This document shows, one piece after another, positions 25,546-34,888 of a stretch of DNA of 64,000 nucleotides. The translations under genes were made by a program, and so were the position numbers. The first letter of the stretch is position 1. Each line of letters begins with the position of its first letter. The notes beneath the pieces were generated by a model, which was not told where the DNA came from, ran no database searches, and was given only the letters and a program-made list of their open reading frames with translations. This DNA comes from an uncultured Actinomycetes bacterium (GTDB lineage Bacteria; Actinomycetota; Actinomycetes; Streptosporangiales; Streptosporangiaceae), in contig CAWDXD010000050.1 of NCBI GenBank assembly GCA_963806145.1, forward strand, positions 3,886 through 67,885. The letters are read 5' to 3'.

Positions 25546-26578
25546 TCAGCATCAGCACGGCGTAACAGGCGAGCCAGTGCTCGACCATGTAATCGTCCCC
25601 GACGACGTGCGGCAGGGCAGCCCCGGCGTGGGTGCGCGCGGCGGCTACGGCCTGCCCGATGCGCGGGTCCCCGGCGGGCAGCGATTCGGCGATCCGGCGC
25701 CAGCACCAGGCGCGGCTGGCGTTCAGCCCGTGCAGGTGGGCGATCTGCCCGTCGGCGGGGTCCGACACCACGGCCGGGGTGAACAGCGTGGCGGGCTCCC
25801 CGCCGGCGATCCCGGGCAGGAACACCGACAGCCAGGTGCCGAACTCGCCCTCCGGCAGGATCCTTGCCATCAGCTCGGCCTCGCACAGCGCTGGCGACAG
25901 GAAGTCGTGCCCGGACGGCTCCCAGGCGGCCGGGTACATGGTGTCCCCGCCGAACCAGTCGTAGGCCTTGGCGGTGATCGCCTCGAGCAGCGCCCGGTCC
26001 CCGGCCCGGGCCAGCGCGTGCGCGTGGTCCAGCGCCCGCCCCATGCCGAACGCGCTGTTGGTGTGCACGCCGTAACGGACCGGGTAGGTCGCCTTGGGCA
26101 GCCAGTCGAGAAAACACCCGGTCACCGCGTCGGCGAGCGGTTGCAGGGCGGCGGACCACTTTTTGCCGTCCGGGTCGTCCAGCGACCGCGCCTCGCAGGC
26201 CAGCGCCAGCGCCCAGGCCCAGCCGTAGGGACGCTCCCCCAGGCCGTCCCGGCTGGTGACGAATTCCACCTCAGCGGCCAGCGCCATCGGCCGGAAGTGC
26301 GCGTTCAGCACGGACCTGATCTGCTTGGCGGGGACCACGTCCTCCGCGACGCGCAGCAGCCGCACCAGCAGCCAGTGCATTTCCACACAGGAGTGCCAGT
26401 CATAGCTGCCGTAGAAGGCGGGAGTGCGCGCCCTGGGGCGGAACGGGAAGTCGCCGGGCGCGGTCATGGTGTGGTAGACCCCGGACGGGAACTCGCGCCT
26501 GATGTTGGTGAGCGCCACCTGTGCGTAATCCGCTGCCTCGGTGCGCAGCAGCTCACCCCAGTCGTCCGCCAGTTCCAC
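25541..26578 (-). CDS. DUF2891-like conserved hypothetical protein
   Basis: 345-aa ORF with 'FYGSYDWHSCVEMHWLL' and 'YGVHTNSAFG', which I associate with DUF2891. Its stop codon TAG lies inside repeat copy B. Confidence 0.6.
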   Translation of the reverse strand: MELADDWGELLRTEAADYAQVALTNIRREFPSGVYHTMTAPGDFPFRPRARTPAFYGSYDWHSCVEMHWLLVRLLRVAEDVVPAKQIRSVLNAHFRPMALAAEVEFVTSRDGLGERPYGWAWALALACEARSLDDPDGKKWSAALQPLADAVTGCFLDWLPKATYPVRYGVHTNSAFGMGRALDHAHALARAGDRALLEAITAKAYDWFGGDTMYPAAWEPSGHDFLSPALCEAELMARILPEGEFGTWLSVFLPGIAGGEPATLFTPAVVSDPADGQIAHLHGLNASRAWCWRRIAESLPAGDPRIGQAVAAARTHAGAALPHVVGDDYMVEHWLACYAVLMLS

Positions 26579-26686
26579 GTGTCACCTCCACTGCTCCCCA
26601 CCGCTGCGTCACCGACGGCCCGAGCGTAGCGCCCGGCCACGGGCGGGCGCACCGGCCCGCGCCGGCCGGGCTGGCAGACTGGGGCA

Positions 26687-27430
26687 ATGGCGCTCGGCGA
26701 ATGGCATCAGCAGCAGGCGAATTCCTTTGGCGCAGTGGCTGACGTCTACGAACGGGGCCGGCCGTCCTATCCCGCGGAGGCGATCGACTGGCTGGTGCCG
26801 GCGCATGCCACCCGGGTGGCCGACGTCGGCGCTGGCACCGGCAAGCTGACCCGCCAGCTTCGCGAGCGCGGCCTGGACGTGATCGCCGTGGAGCCGTCGG
26901 CCGGCATGCGGCAGCAGTTGCGCCGCGCGGTGCCGGGGGTACCCGTGCTCGGCGGCACCGGCGAGGAGATCCCGCTGGCCGACGGCGCCGTGGACATGGT
27001 GTTCGCAGCCCAGGCCTGGCACTGGGTGGACCCGGCCCGTGCCGTGCCCGAGGTGGCCAGGGTGCTGGCTCCCGGCGGCCGGCTGGCCCTGCTGTGGAAC
27101 CGCCGTGTCGAGGACGAGGAATGGGTCGCGGACCTGTCCACCATCATCGGCAGCCGCGGTACCCCGGGGTCCAGCAGGCACTTCCCGGAGATCGGGCCGC
27201 CGTTCGGGCCGGTGGAGCGGCGCACCGTGGACTGGGTGCACCGGCTGTCCCGGGCGGAGATGATCGACTGGGTCGCCTCCCGCAGCTATGTGATCACGTT
27301 GCCTGACGAGCGGCGCCACAGCGTGCTCGCCCAGGTCCAGGACCTGCTCGACACGCACCCGGCACTGGCCGGCGAGGACGAGATCGCCCTGAACATGGTG
27401 ACCCGCTGCTCCCGCGCGGACCTCTGCTAG
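26687..27430 (+). CDS. Class I SAM-dependent methyltransferase
   Basis: Motif I 'VADVGAGTGKLTRQL' and 'AQAWHWVD'. The stop codon TAG lies in the GCTAGC end of repeat copy C. Confidence 0.8.
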   Translation: MALGEWHQQQANSFGAVADVYERGRPSYPAEAIDWLVPAHATRVADVGAGTGKLTRQLRERGLDVIAVEPSAGMRQQLRRAVPGVPVLGGTGEEIPLADGAVDMVFAAQAWHWVDPARAVPEVARVLAPGGRLALLWNRRVEDEEWVADLSTIIGSRGTPGSSRHFPEIGPPFGPVERRTVDWVHRLSRAEMIDWVASRSYVITLPDERRHSVLAQVQDLLDTHPALAGEDEIALNMVTRCSRADLC

Positions 27431-27540
27431 CCCGGGGGGACGACCCCCCTGGAACCCCCCGATGGCTCAAGGCCCCGTTCCTTCGTCACGGGGCCTTGGC
27501 CCTGCTGGCCTGGGGACGACCCCCCGCTTGCTCAGGGCCT
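27424..27540 (+). repeat. Copy C of the double-hairpin repeat (one full unit plus a partial unit)
   Basis: 'ctgctagcccggggggacgacccccctggaaccccccgatggctcaaggccccgttccttcgtcacggggccttggcc' is followed by the partial 'ctgctggcctggggacgaccccccgcttgctcagggcc'. It fills the whole gap between convergent genes. Confidence 0.85.
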
Positions 27541-27541
27541 G

Positions 27542-28612
27542 TCAGGCCGGGCTGAGGAAGCGCTCGACCTCGGCGGCGTCCGCGGCCAGGGCGGCCGCGT
27601 CGGCATCGGGAAGGTCCGCGAACGGTGCCAGCGCGACCTTGCCGCCGGGCAGGCTCCAGGTACCGACGGCGCGGCCGCGGACCAGCGCGAACGGCCGGAA
27701 CAGTCCGTTGACCGCGATCAGCCGGCCGTGCGGGCCGACGACCGGGTCTCGTGAGTCCCAGCCCAGCAGCAGGGGGTCGTAGGCGCCGAGCAGGCGCGGC
27801 GGTGGCAACGGGCGCTCACCGTGCCGCCCGGCCAGGTCCGCGAGACCGTCGTCGCGGTCGGCGAGCCGCCCGGCGACCGCGGCCAGGCCGCACCTGGCGT
27901 CGCGCAGCGGCAGCCCCGCCCACTTGGCGAGGTCGCGGTCGGTAGCCGGGCCATGGCCAGCCAGGTAACGGACGGCCAGCTCGGCCAGGGCCCGGTCCCG
28001 ATCGAACGTCGCGTGCTGCGTGGGCGGGGTACCGAGCCAGTCACGCACCAGCGCATAGGCGTGGTCGCGCCCGGCCATCGGGCCGCGCACGACGAGCCCG
28101 CGCAGGCTGGCCAGCGCGAGCAGGTGGACGATGGCCTGGCCCTGCGTGCGCACTCCGGCCGCCGCGATCCGTTCCGCAAGCTGCGCCCGGGTCAGCGGGC
28201 CCTCGGCGGTCACCGCCCGCTCGATGACCGCGGCCCCGCGCTCGGCATCGGCGGGCGGTACGCCTTCCTGGGCGAGCCTGCGGGCGTTGCCGCGCAGCAG
28301 CGGCGGCGTGGTCAGCGGATGCAGCCACCAGTAGTCCTCGGCCAGCACCAGGTGCAGCGTGCCCCGGTTCAGCCAGGTCACTACGACGCTGCGATCCCGG
28401 GTGAGGGCGGCGTCGACGTCGGCGGCCGATTGCGCGCGGCTGCGGGCGCGCACCGCCAGCCGGGCCCCGCGCGGGTCCTGCGCCTGGATGGCGAGCAGCC
28501 AGCGGGCCACCTCGGCCGTTCCTTCGGCGGGGGGCCCGGACAGCAACTGGGCCGCCAGCCGCTGCGCCTGCCGTCGCTCCAGCGGGCCGGCCGCGGCGTC
28601 CGGTGTGGTCAT
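27542..28612 (-). CDS. Winged-helix HTH_42 superfamily protein (AlkZ/YcaQ-like DNA glycosylase candidate)
   Basis: 'LLAIQAQDPRGARLAVRAR...VVTWLNRGTLHLV' is typical of the DUF1006/HTH_42 family. A Q43-A-Q45 motif sits at the position of the AlkZ catalytic Q-x-Q. Confidence 0.65.
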   Translation of the reverse strand: MTTPDAAAGPLERRQAQRLAAQLLSGPPAEGTAEVARWLLAIQAQDPRGARLAVRARSRAQSAADVDAALTRDRSVVVTWLNRGTLHLVLAEDYWWLHPLTTPPLLRGNARRLAQEGVPPADAERGAAVIERAVTAEGPLTRAQLAERIAAAGVRTQGQAIVHLLALASLRGLVVRGPMAGRDHAYALVRDWLGTPPTQHATFDRDRALAELAVRYLAGHGPATDRDLAKWAGLPLRDARCGLAAVAGRLADRDDGLADLAGRHGERPLPPPRLLGAYDPLLLGWDSRDPVVGPHGRLIAVNGLFRPFALVRGRAVGTWSLPGGKVALAPFADLPDADAAALAADAAEVERFLSPA

Positions 28613-28638
28613 GCACCCTTTCTAGCGTGGGACCGGTT

Positions 28639-29253
28639 CTAGCGCGGCGCCAGGCCCAACAGCAGCTCGTCCACCACCCGCTCCACGTACCCGGGCGGCA
28701 TGCTGGACTTGTCATACTTCCCGCGGGCGAGGACGGCACCGGTCAGCATGAACAGCGCGGCCTCGATGTCGGTGCTCGCGCGCAGCTCGCCGGTGGCCAC
28801 GCCGCGGCGCAGCACCGACCTGATCACCTCGCGGCGCGGTTCCAGCATCGTCTCCACATAGCGCGCCATCAGCCGGGGGTACTTGGCCCCCTCACCGAGC
28901 AGCAGCGCGAACTCCCTGGCCCGGCGCGGGTCGGCGACCGAGTCGCGCATGGCGGCCAGCACCGTCACCAGGTCCTCACGGGCCGACCGGCCGGCCGGCT
29001 CGGGCAGCGGGGCTTGCAGTGACCCGATCGCGTCCAGGAGCAGATCTTCCTTGCCCGGCCAGCGCCGGTAGATGGTGGCCTTACCCACGCCCGCGCGGGC
29101 CGCCACCGTCTCGATGCACAGGCCCTCGGGCCCGGACTCGGCGAACACGCTGAGCGCGGCGTCGATGATGGCGCGCTCGGCACGCTCGCTGCGGGGCCGG
29201 CCGGGCCGTCGCCGGGCCGGCCCGGCATCCGTCTTCACTCCAGCCGGAGGCAT
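28639..29253 (-). CDS. TetR-family transcriptional regulator
   Basis: N-terminal HTH: 'IIDAALSVFAESGPEGLCIETVAARAGVGKATIYRRWPGKEDLLLDA'. Confidence 0.85.
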   Translation of the reverse strand: MPPAGVKTDAGPARRRPGRPRSERAERAIIDAALSVFAESGPEGLCIETVAARAGVGKATIYRRWPGKEDLLLDAIGSLQAPLPEPAGRSAREDLVTVLAAMRDSVADPRRAREFALLLGEGAKYPRLMARYVETMLEPRREVIRSVLRRGVATGELRASTDIEAALFMLTGAVLARGKYDKSSMPPGYVERVVDELLLGLAPR

Positions 29254-29257
29254 CCGC

Positions 29258-30985
29258 TCATCCCTCCCTCACCGCGGGGGTGCCCTGGCCCTCCGCCACA
29301 GCCTCGCGGCCGGGCGCGGCCTCGCCGATGAGCACCGCCTCGTTCGCGGGCACTGCCCCATTTACCGCCGCGGCCCCGCTCGCGCTGGCGCCGGCCGCGG
29401 CCTGGCGGGCGGCACCGGCCGCGGCGCGGCCCGGCATCCAGCGCATCACGACGAGCGCGCCGAGCAGCGTGATCGCCGCGGAGATCAGCGTGGTGAGGTG
29501 CATCGCGTGCACGAACGAGGTGTCGGCGAACGCCGCCAGGTCCCGGCCCGCCGGGCCCAGCTTCGCAGCCACCGCCTGGCTCGCGGTGATCGAACTGGTG
29601 GCGGCGTTCCGCTCGGCGGCGGGCAGGGCACTCAGGTGCGGGCTGAGCTGGTTGCGGTAGGCCTGGGCCAGGATGGAGCCGAGCACGGCCACGCCGAGCG
29701 CGCCGGACACCTGGCGGGCAGTGTTGGTCAGCGCGGAACCAGCGCCGGCCCGTTCCCTGGGCACCACCGACATCACCGCCTCGGTGGCGGGCGGCATGAC
29801 CAGGCCCATCCCCGCGCCCTGCACGAAGAACGCCACGGCCAGCACCCAGATAGGCGTGGTGAGGCCGAGCAGCTGGTAGCTGACCAGTGCGGCGGTGACC
29901 AGCAGCAAGCCGGTCGCCACGACGGACTTGGTGCCGAACCGCCGGACCAGGGCCGCGCTGCGCGGGGCCGTCAGCATCTGCGCCACGGCGAACGCCAGCG
30001 AGAAGGCGCCGGCCTTCAGCGGGGTGTACCCGCGGACGCTCTGCAGGTAGAAGCTCAGGAAGAACAGCGCGCCCAACATGCCGAAGAACACCAGCGACAG
30101 CGCGCCGATCGCGGACGACAGCCGCGCGTCACGGAACAGCCGCACGTCCAGCGACGGGTACCGGACCCTGGCCTCGTACCAGACGAAGAAGGCGAGTATC
30201 GCCAGGCCGCCGAGCGCCGGGCCGAGCACGCCCGGGTGCACCCAGGTGCCCTTGTCGCCGCCCTGGATGATGCCGTACACAAGGAGCACCAGGCCGGCGA
30301 TGGAGGCGAGCACGCCCACGTAGTCGATCCGCCCGGGGCTGGGGTTCTTCGACTCGGGCACCAGCAGCGCGGTCGCCACCACGCTCGCGGCGCAGAACGG
30401 CACGTTGATCAGGAAGACCGAGCCCCACCAGAAGTGGGCGAGCAGCAGGCCGCCGACGATGGGGCCGATGGCGATGCCGATGCCGACGGCCACGGCCCAG
30501 ATCCCGATGGCGCGAGGCCGCTCCGCGGGGTCGAACACGTTGGAGATGATCGACAGTGTCTGCGGCATCACCGCCGCCGCGCCCAGGCCCATCGCCGCGC
30601 GGGCCCAGACAAGCTGGTCGGGCGAGTGGGAGTACGCGGTCATCAGGGAGAACAGGCCGAACGAGGCCAGCCCGAGCATGAGCATCCGCTTGCGGCCGAT
30701 CCGATCCCCCACCACACCGAAGGTGAAGAGCAGGCCGGCGAACACCAGCGTGTAGGAGTTGATCGCCCACTCGAGCTGGCTCTGGCTCGCCCCGAGGCCC
30801 CCGGCAGGTTCGGCGATGGTCTTGAGCGCGACGTTGAGGACGGTGTTGTCCAGCACGATCGCCATCAGGCTGGTGATCAGCACGCCCAGGATGATCCAGC
30901 GGCGCCGGTACACCTTGGCGTCTATATCGGCGAGCGGGGCAACGCTGGAGGTACCTGCCTGCGGAGAAACACCGGGTACGTCCAT
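29258..30985 (-). CDS. MFS transporter, DHA2 (EmrB/QacA, 14-TMS) type
   Basis: 575 aa with many TM segments. '[13 protein letters not shown]' and '[14 protein letters not shown]' are DHA2 motifs. The TetR gene follows 4 nt downstream. Confidence 0.85.
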   Translation of the reverse strand: MDVPGVSPQAGTSSVAPLADIDAKVYRRRWIILGVLITSLMAIVLDNTVLNVALKTIAEPAGGLGASQSQLEWAINSYTLVFAGLLFTFGVVGDRIGRKRMLMLGLASFGLFSLMTAYSHSPDQLVWARAAMGLGAAAVMPQTLSIISNVFDPAERPRAIGIWAVAVGIGIAIGPIVGGLLLAHFWWGSVFLINVPFCAASVVATALLVPESKNPSPGRIDYVGVLASIAGLVLLVYGIIQGGDKGTWVHPGVLGPALGGLAILAFFVWYEARVRYPSLDVRLFRDARLSSAIGALSLVFFGMLGALFFLSFYLQSVRGYTPLKAGAFSLAFAVAQMLTAPRSAALVRRFGTKSVVATGLLLVTAALVSYQLLGLTTPIWVLAVAFFVQGAGMGLVMPPATEAVMSVVPRERAGAGSALTNTARQVSGALGVAVLGSILAQAYRNQLSPHLSALPAAERNAATSSITASQAVAAKLGPAGRDLAAFADTSFVHAMHLTTLISAAITLLGALVVMRWMPGRAAAGAARQAAAGASASGAAAVNGAVPANEAVLIGEAAPGREAVAEGQGTPAVREG

Positions 30986-31067
30986 CGATCCCCTTCCGGG
31001 CCTGTCGCCAGCGCCGCGGCCCGTTCATCCCGGGGCGGCGGGCCCCGCCGCCCCGGGAAGGCCAACA

Positions 31068-31086
31068 ATACGGAACTGGTCCGTAT
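31068..31086. promoter_or_regulatory. Perfect 7-N5-7 palindrome ATACGGA-actgg-TCCGTAT (candidate TetR operator)
   Basis: Read directly from the sequence. It lies about 83-101 nt upstream of the MFS start codon, in the MFS/panB divergent region. Confidence 0.4.
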
Positions 31087-31182
31087 CGCAAAACATTCCC
31101 GGGCTACCCGCCGCCTGGACAGCGTGGCATGCTGAAAGCGTCCGGGGACGCCACCACGGCGCCACGAGGCAGGAGGATTCCC

Positions 31183-32055
31183 ATGACCGTACAGCCCGGT
31201 GACTCGGGCGCGGCCGCGACCAAGGCGCGGACCGCAGAACCCCTCTACGGCGGCAGCGCCAGCCGGCGGATCACCGTACGTGACCTCGCCGCCGCCAAGG
31301 CCCGCGGTGAGAAATGGCCGATGCTCACCGCCTACGACGCGCTCACCGCGCGCGTCTTCGACGACGCCGGGATACCGGTGCTGCTCGTGGGCGACTCGGC
31401 GGGGATGGTCGTGTTCGGCCACGACACCACCATCCCGGTGACCGTGGACGACCTCATCCCGCTGACCGCCGCGGTGGTCCGCGGTACCCGGCGGGCCATG
31501 GTCGTCGCGGACCTGCCGTTCGGCTCCTATCAGGCCTCCCCGCGCGAGGCGTTCGCCACGGCGAGCCGGTTCCTCAAGGAGTCCGGGGCGCACGCGGTCA
31601 AGCTCGAAGGCGGCATGCGGGTGGTCCGCCAGGTCGAGGAACTGGTGCAGGCCGGCGTGCCGGTCATGGCTCACCTGGGCCTGACGCCGCAGTCGGTCAA
31701 CGCTTTCGGCGGGTACCGGGTGCAGGGCCGGGGCGAGGATGGCGAGCGCCTGCTGCACGACGCCAAGGCACTGGCGGCGGCGGGCGCCTTCTCCGTCGTC
31801 CTGGAGTGCGTGCCCGCGGAACTGGCTGCCCGGGTCACCCAGAGCCTGTCCATCCCGACGATCGGGATCGGCGCGGGCCCGGAGTGCGACGCCCAGGTGC
31901 TGGTGTGGCAGGACATGGCCGGGCTCACCCCGCACACGGCGAAGTTCGTGAAGAAGTACGCCGACGTGGCCGGGGTGCTCGGCACCGCCGCGCGCGCCTT
32001 CGCCGAGGAGGTCGTCGGCCGCCGGTTCCCCGACGCGGAGCATTCCTACCGCTGA
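31183..32055 (+). CDS. panB: 3-methyl-2-oxobutanoate hydroxymethyltransferase
   Basis: '[37 protein letters not shown]' and 'VKLEGG'. An AGGAGG ribosome-binding site lies 6-7 nt before the ATG at 31183. Confidence 0.92.
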   Translation: MTVQPGDSGAAATKARTAEPLYGGSASRRITVRDLAAAKARGEKWPMLTAYDALTARVFDDAGIPVLLVGDSAGMVVFGHDTTIPVTVDDLIPLTAAVVRGTRRAMVVADLPFGSYQASPREAFATASRFLKESGAHAVKLEGGMRVVRQVEELVQAGVPVMAHLGLTPQSVNAFGGYRVQGRGEDGERLLHDAKALAAAGAFSVVLECVPAELAARVTQSLSIPTIGIGAGPECDAQVLVWQDMAGLTPHTAKFVKKYADVAGVLGTAARAFAEEVVGRRFPDAEHSYR

Positions 32056-32079
32056 CGCGCGCACCGAACCGTGACTGGT

Positions 32080-32117
32080 GGGTCCCGGCAGCGAGCGGGG
32101 CTCCGCTGCCGGGACCC
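32080..32117 (+). terminator. panB terminator hairpin
   Basis: Perfect 14-bp stem gggtcccggcagcg / cgctgccgggaccc with a 10-nt loop, 25 nt after the panB stop. Confidence 0.6.
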
Positions 32118-32374
32118 ATGGGTAAGCGTGCGCGGTGTGCGTTGCAGTGGCCTTGACGCCGGCCTTGCATCCCTGGTCAGGGCGCCGGGGCAACCGGCGG
32201 TGCGCGGCCCCGGGGGGAGCCCGGTAGTCATTTACCGCAGCCCGGAATACGTATCACTGCCGATGTGCCACCCCGCTCGTTCGCGGCACGCTGGGCGCGT
32301 TACCTCCGCTGATCAGGCCGCCGCCCTCTCGCGGCGCCCACCTGGCAGCGATCGCACCTGAAGGGGACCCAGCA

Positions 32375-32873
32375 ATGCGCAAAATGATCATCTCCGCACT
32401 GACCGCGGCCGCCGCGGCAACAGTGATGGGCGGTGCCGGGATGGCCGCGGCCAGCACCCACACCGCGGCCAGCGGGACCGAGCACTTCCAGATGATGACG
32501 ACCACCGGCACCGGCTCGACCGGCAGCGTCATCGCCAGCGGCGTCTTCACCGCCCCGGCAGTCGATCACGAGCACCAGGCAACCAACACCAGCACGTTCA
32601 CGTTCTCCAACGGCACGATCCTCATCAAGCACTCCAACGGCACGGGCACGCAGTCCTTCAATCCCGAAGACCTGCCTGCTCACCATCAACCAGCACGGCA
32701 CCTACAAGCTGCAGAGCGGCACCGGCGCCTACGCCGGTATCAGCGGCAGCGGCACGTACCAGCTGAGCATCCTGGCCATCGGGGCAAGCTCGGGCGGCAC
32801 GTGCTCGCAGAGCAAGCCGCCGGTCGCCTTCCACCAGGTGATCAACGCGAGCGGGCCGGTCAGCCTGCCGTAA
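32375..32873 (+). pseudogene. Small secreted protein, with a frameshift near 32655-32668
   Basis: Signal peptide 'MRKMIISALTAAAAATVMGGAGMAAAS'. After '...GTQSFNP' the coherent continuation 'KTCLLTINQHGTYKLQSGTGAYAGISGSGTYQLSILA...GPVSLP*' is in another frame and ends at 32873. Confidence 0.55.
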
Positions 32874-32961
32874 CCCCGCCGTCACCGGCACCAGCCCGGC
32901 GGCCGCCGCCCTTGGCGTGGCGGCCGCCGGGCACCAGCCTTTTCGGGGCCCGGGCCCCGGC

Positions 32962-33387
32962 TCAGTCCTCCCCGTCGCCCACGGAGCCGGCCACCAGGCC
33001 CAGGCCGATGCCGAGCATCCACACGTCCTTGCTGATCCCGGTGCCGGCCCGGGTCGGCCACACGCTGCCCGGCTTATGCAGCGCCGGGGTGCGCAGGTAC
33101 ATGGTGACCAGGCTGCCGGAGAACCCGGTGAGCGCGGCACCGGCCAGGGCGCTCGGCACGAACGGGGCGAGCAGCGCGGCGCCGATCGCGATCTCGCTGG
33201 CGGCGAGCACCTTGATGAAACGCTCCGGCGGCATGCGCTCCAGGAACGGGAAGGCGCCGCAAGCCGCCTGGTGCACACCCTTGGCTCGGGCCTCGTCGGC
33301 GTGCCATTTCTCGAGTCCCGCGTGGAGAATGTAGGCACCGGTCGCAATGCGGCCAGGGAGGTCACGTGCCTTGACGCGGAAAATCAC
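32962..33387 (-). CDS. Conserved integral membrane protein (function unknown)
   Basis: 141-aa ORF with 3-4 hydrophobic helices and GC3-rich codon usage. Confidence 0.55.
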   Translation of the reverse strand: MIFRVKARDLPGRIATGAYILHAGLEKWHADEARAKGVHQAACGAFPFLERMPPERFIKVLAASEIAIGAALLAPFVPSALAGAALTGFSGSLVTMYLRTPALHKPGSVWPTRAGTGISKDVWMLGIGLGLVAGSVGDGED

Positions 33388-33459
33388 GGGCGTCCCTTCT
33401 CTCCACAGTGTTGTTGAAGGCTAAACATACTAGGCCGCGACCCGGCGGGCGGACGAGGG

Positions 33460-34143
33460 TCAGATGTCGGTGACGCGCAGCCCGGCGTGGGCCTTGTAAC
33501 GCCGGTTGACGGACACCAGGTTGGCGGTGAGCGCCTCGACCTGCCCGCAGTTGCGCAGCCGCCCCGCGTACACGCCGCGCATACCGGGGATCCGGGCGGC
33601 GAGCGCCTGGACCAGGTCGGTGGCCCGTCGGTCGTCGCCAAGCACCAGCACGTCGAGGTCGACGCTGGCGACCTCCGGGTCGAGCAGCAGCACGGCCGAG
33701 ACGTGGTGGAAGGCACCCACCACCACCGAGCCGGGCAGGACCGCCGCCGCCTGCTGCGCGGCACTGCCCTCGGCCACGGGCAGCGGGTAGGCGCCGCGGT
33801 GGTCGAATCCCATCGGGTTCACGCAGTCGATGACGATCTTGCCGGCCAGCGGCGCGGCCAGCGACTCGAGCAGGTCGCCGTGGCCGTCCCAGGGCACCGC
33901 CACGATGACCACGTCGGCGGCGGCGGCCGCGGCCGCGTTCGCCATGCCGCGGATGCCCAGGTCCGCGCCCACGGCCTGCGCGGCCGCGATGGCACGCTTC
34001 GCGCTGCGGGAGCCGATGATGACCGGATTGCCGGCCAGCGCGAACCTGCGGGCCAGGCCGCGGCCCTGGTCACCGGTGCCGCCCAGGATGCCGATAGCCA
34101 AGGCCGCGACGTCGGGACCGGGTGCCGCCTGCTGGTGAGACAT
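33460..34143 (-). CDS. npdG: NADPH-dependent F420 reductase
   Basis: 'IGILGGTGDQGRGLARRFALAGNPVIIGSRS' matches the NpdG N-terminal Rossmann signature. The start is taken at the ATG at 34143. Confidence 0.75.
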   Translation of the reverse strand: MSHQQAAPGPDVAALAIGILGGTGDQGRGLARRFALAGNPVIIGSRSAKRAIAAAQAVGADLGIRGMANAAAAAAADVVIVAVPWDGHGDLLESLAAPLAGKIVIDCVNPMGFDHRGAYPLPVAEGSAAQQAAAVLPGSVVVGAFHHVSAVLLLDPEVASVDLDVLVLGDDRRATDLVQALAARIPGMRGVYAGRLRNCGQVEALTANLVSVNRRYKAHAGLRVTDI

Positions 34144-34189
34144 GCCCCGATCCTGCCAGAGCGGCACCGGGCCGTGGCACCATGGGGGC

Positions 34190-34771
34190 GTGAACGCCGA
34201 GCAGGTCGCCGCGCTGCGGACGCTGCTCGCCCCCACCGGCTGGCTGGACCGGGCCGCGGAATTCGCCCGTGCCCTGCGCGGGTCGGCGCGGACACCCGGC
34301 GGGCTGCTGCTGGTCGGCACGCCCGAAGACGAGCCCTGGCACTTCGCCGCGCACCTGGACGACGAAAGCCGGCTCGCCGGCCTGCCCGAACTCGCGCCCA
34401 CCCTGGTCCGCTGGAACCCGCCGCCCGGGGCGCCGCCGCACCTGAGCGTGAGCCTGGCCCGGCTGGGCGACGCCGGGCGCGGTGACTCGCTCGTGGTGGT
34501 GAGCCCGCAGGCGGCACCGGACCGGCTGCTCGAGCGCGTCAGTGACGCCCGCAAGGGCGGGGCGACGATCCTGGCCCTGGAGCGTGGCGACCGCCGCCTG
34601 GCGGATGTGGCTCACGAGGCACTGACCGTGGCGCCGTCCGCGCCGCTGACGTTCGACGCCGTCCAGCACCTGGTCAGCGCCGCCGCCGGCGAGCGCGGCG
34701 AGCCGTGCCGGGGGCTGCGTGCCCGGCTCGCCCGGCTGCTCGACACGGTCAGCGGCCCCGTATCCCCCTAA
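34190..34771 (+). CDS. Conserved hypothetical protein
   Basis: GC3-biased ORF. A GTG start at 34190 avoids overlap with npdG. No family was recognised. Confidence 0.5.
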   Translation: MNAEQVAALRTLLAPTGWLDRAAEFARALRGSARTPGGLLLVGTPEDEPWHFAAHLDDESRLAGLPELAPTLVRWNPPPGAPPHLSVSLARLGDAGRGDSLVVVSPQAAPDRLLERVSDARKGGATILALERGDRRLADVAHEALTVAPSAPLTFDAVQHLVSAAAGERGEPCRGLRARLARLLDTVSGPVSP

Positions 34772-34888
34772 TGGGCGCGCGGCGCTGCGCCACTACTGCC
34801 TGGAATCAGGCAATACGCCAGTTCGTCCCGGTGCGGTCTGGTTCGATCGCGCCGTTCCCGGCGGGCGTGCTGTCGCTAAGGTGAGGTC

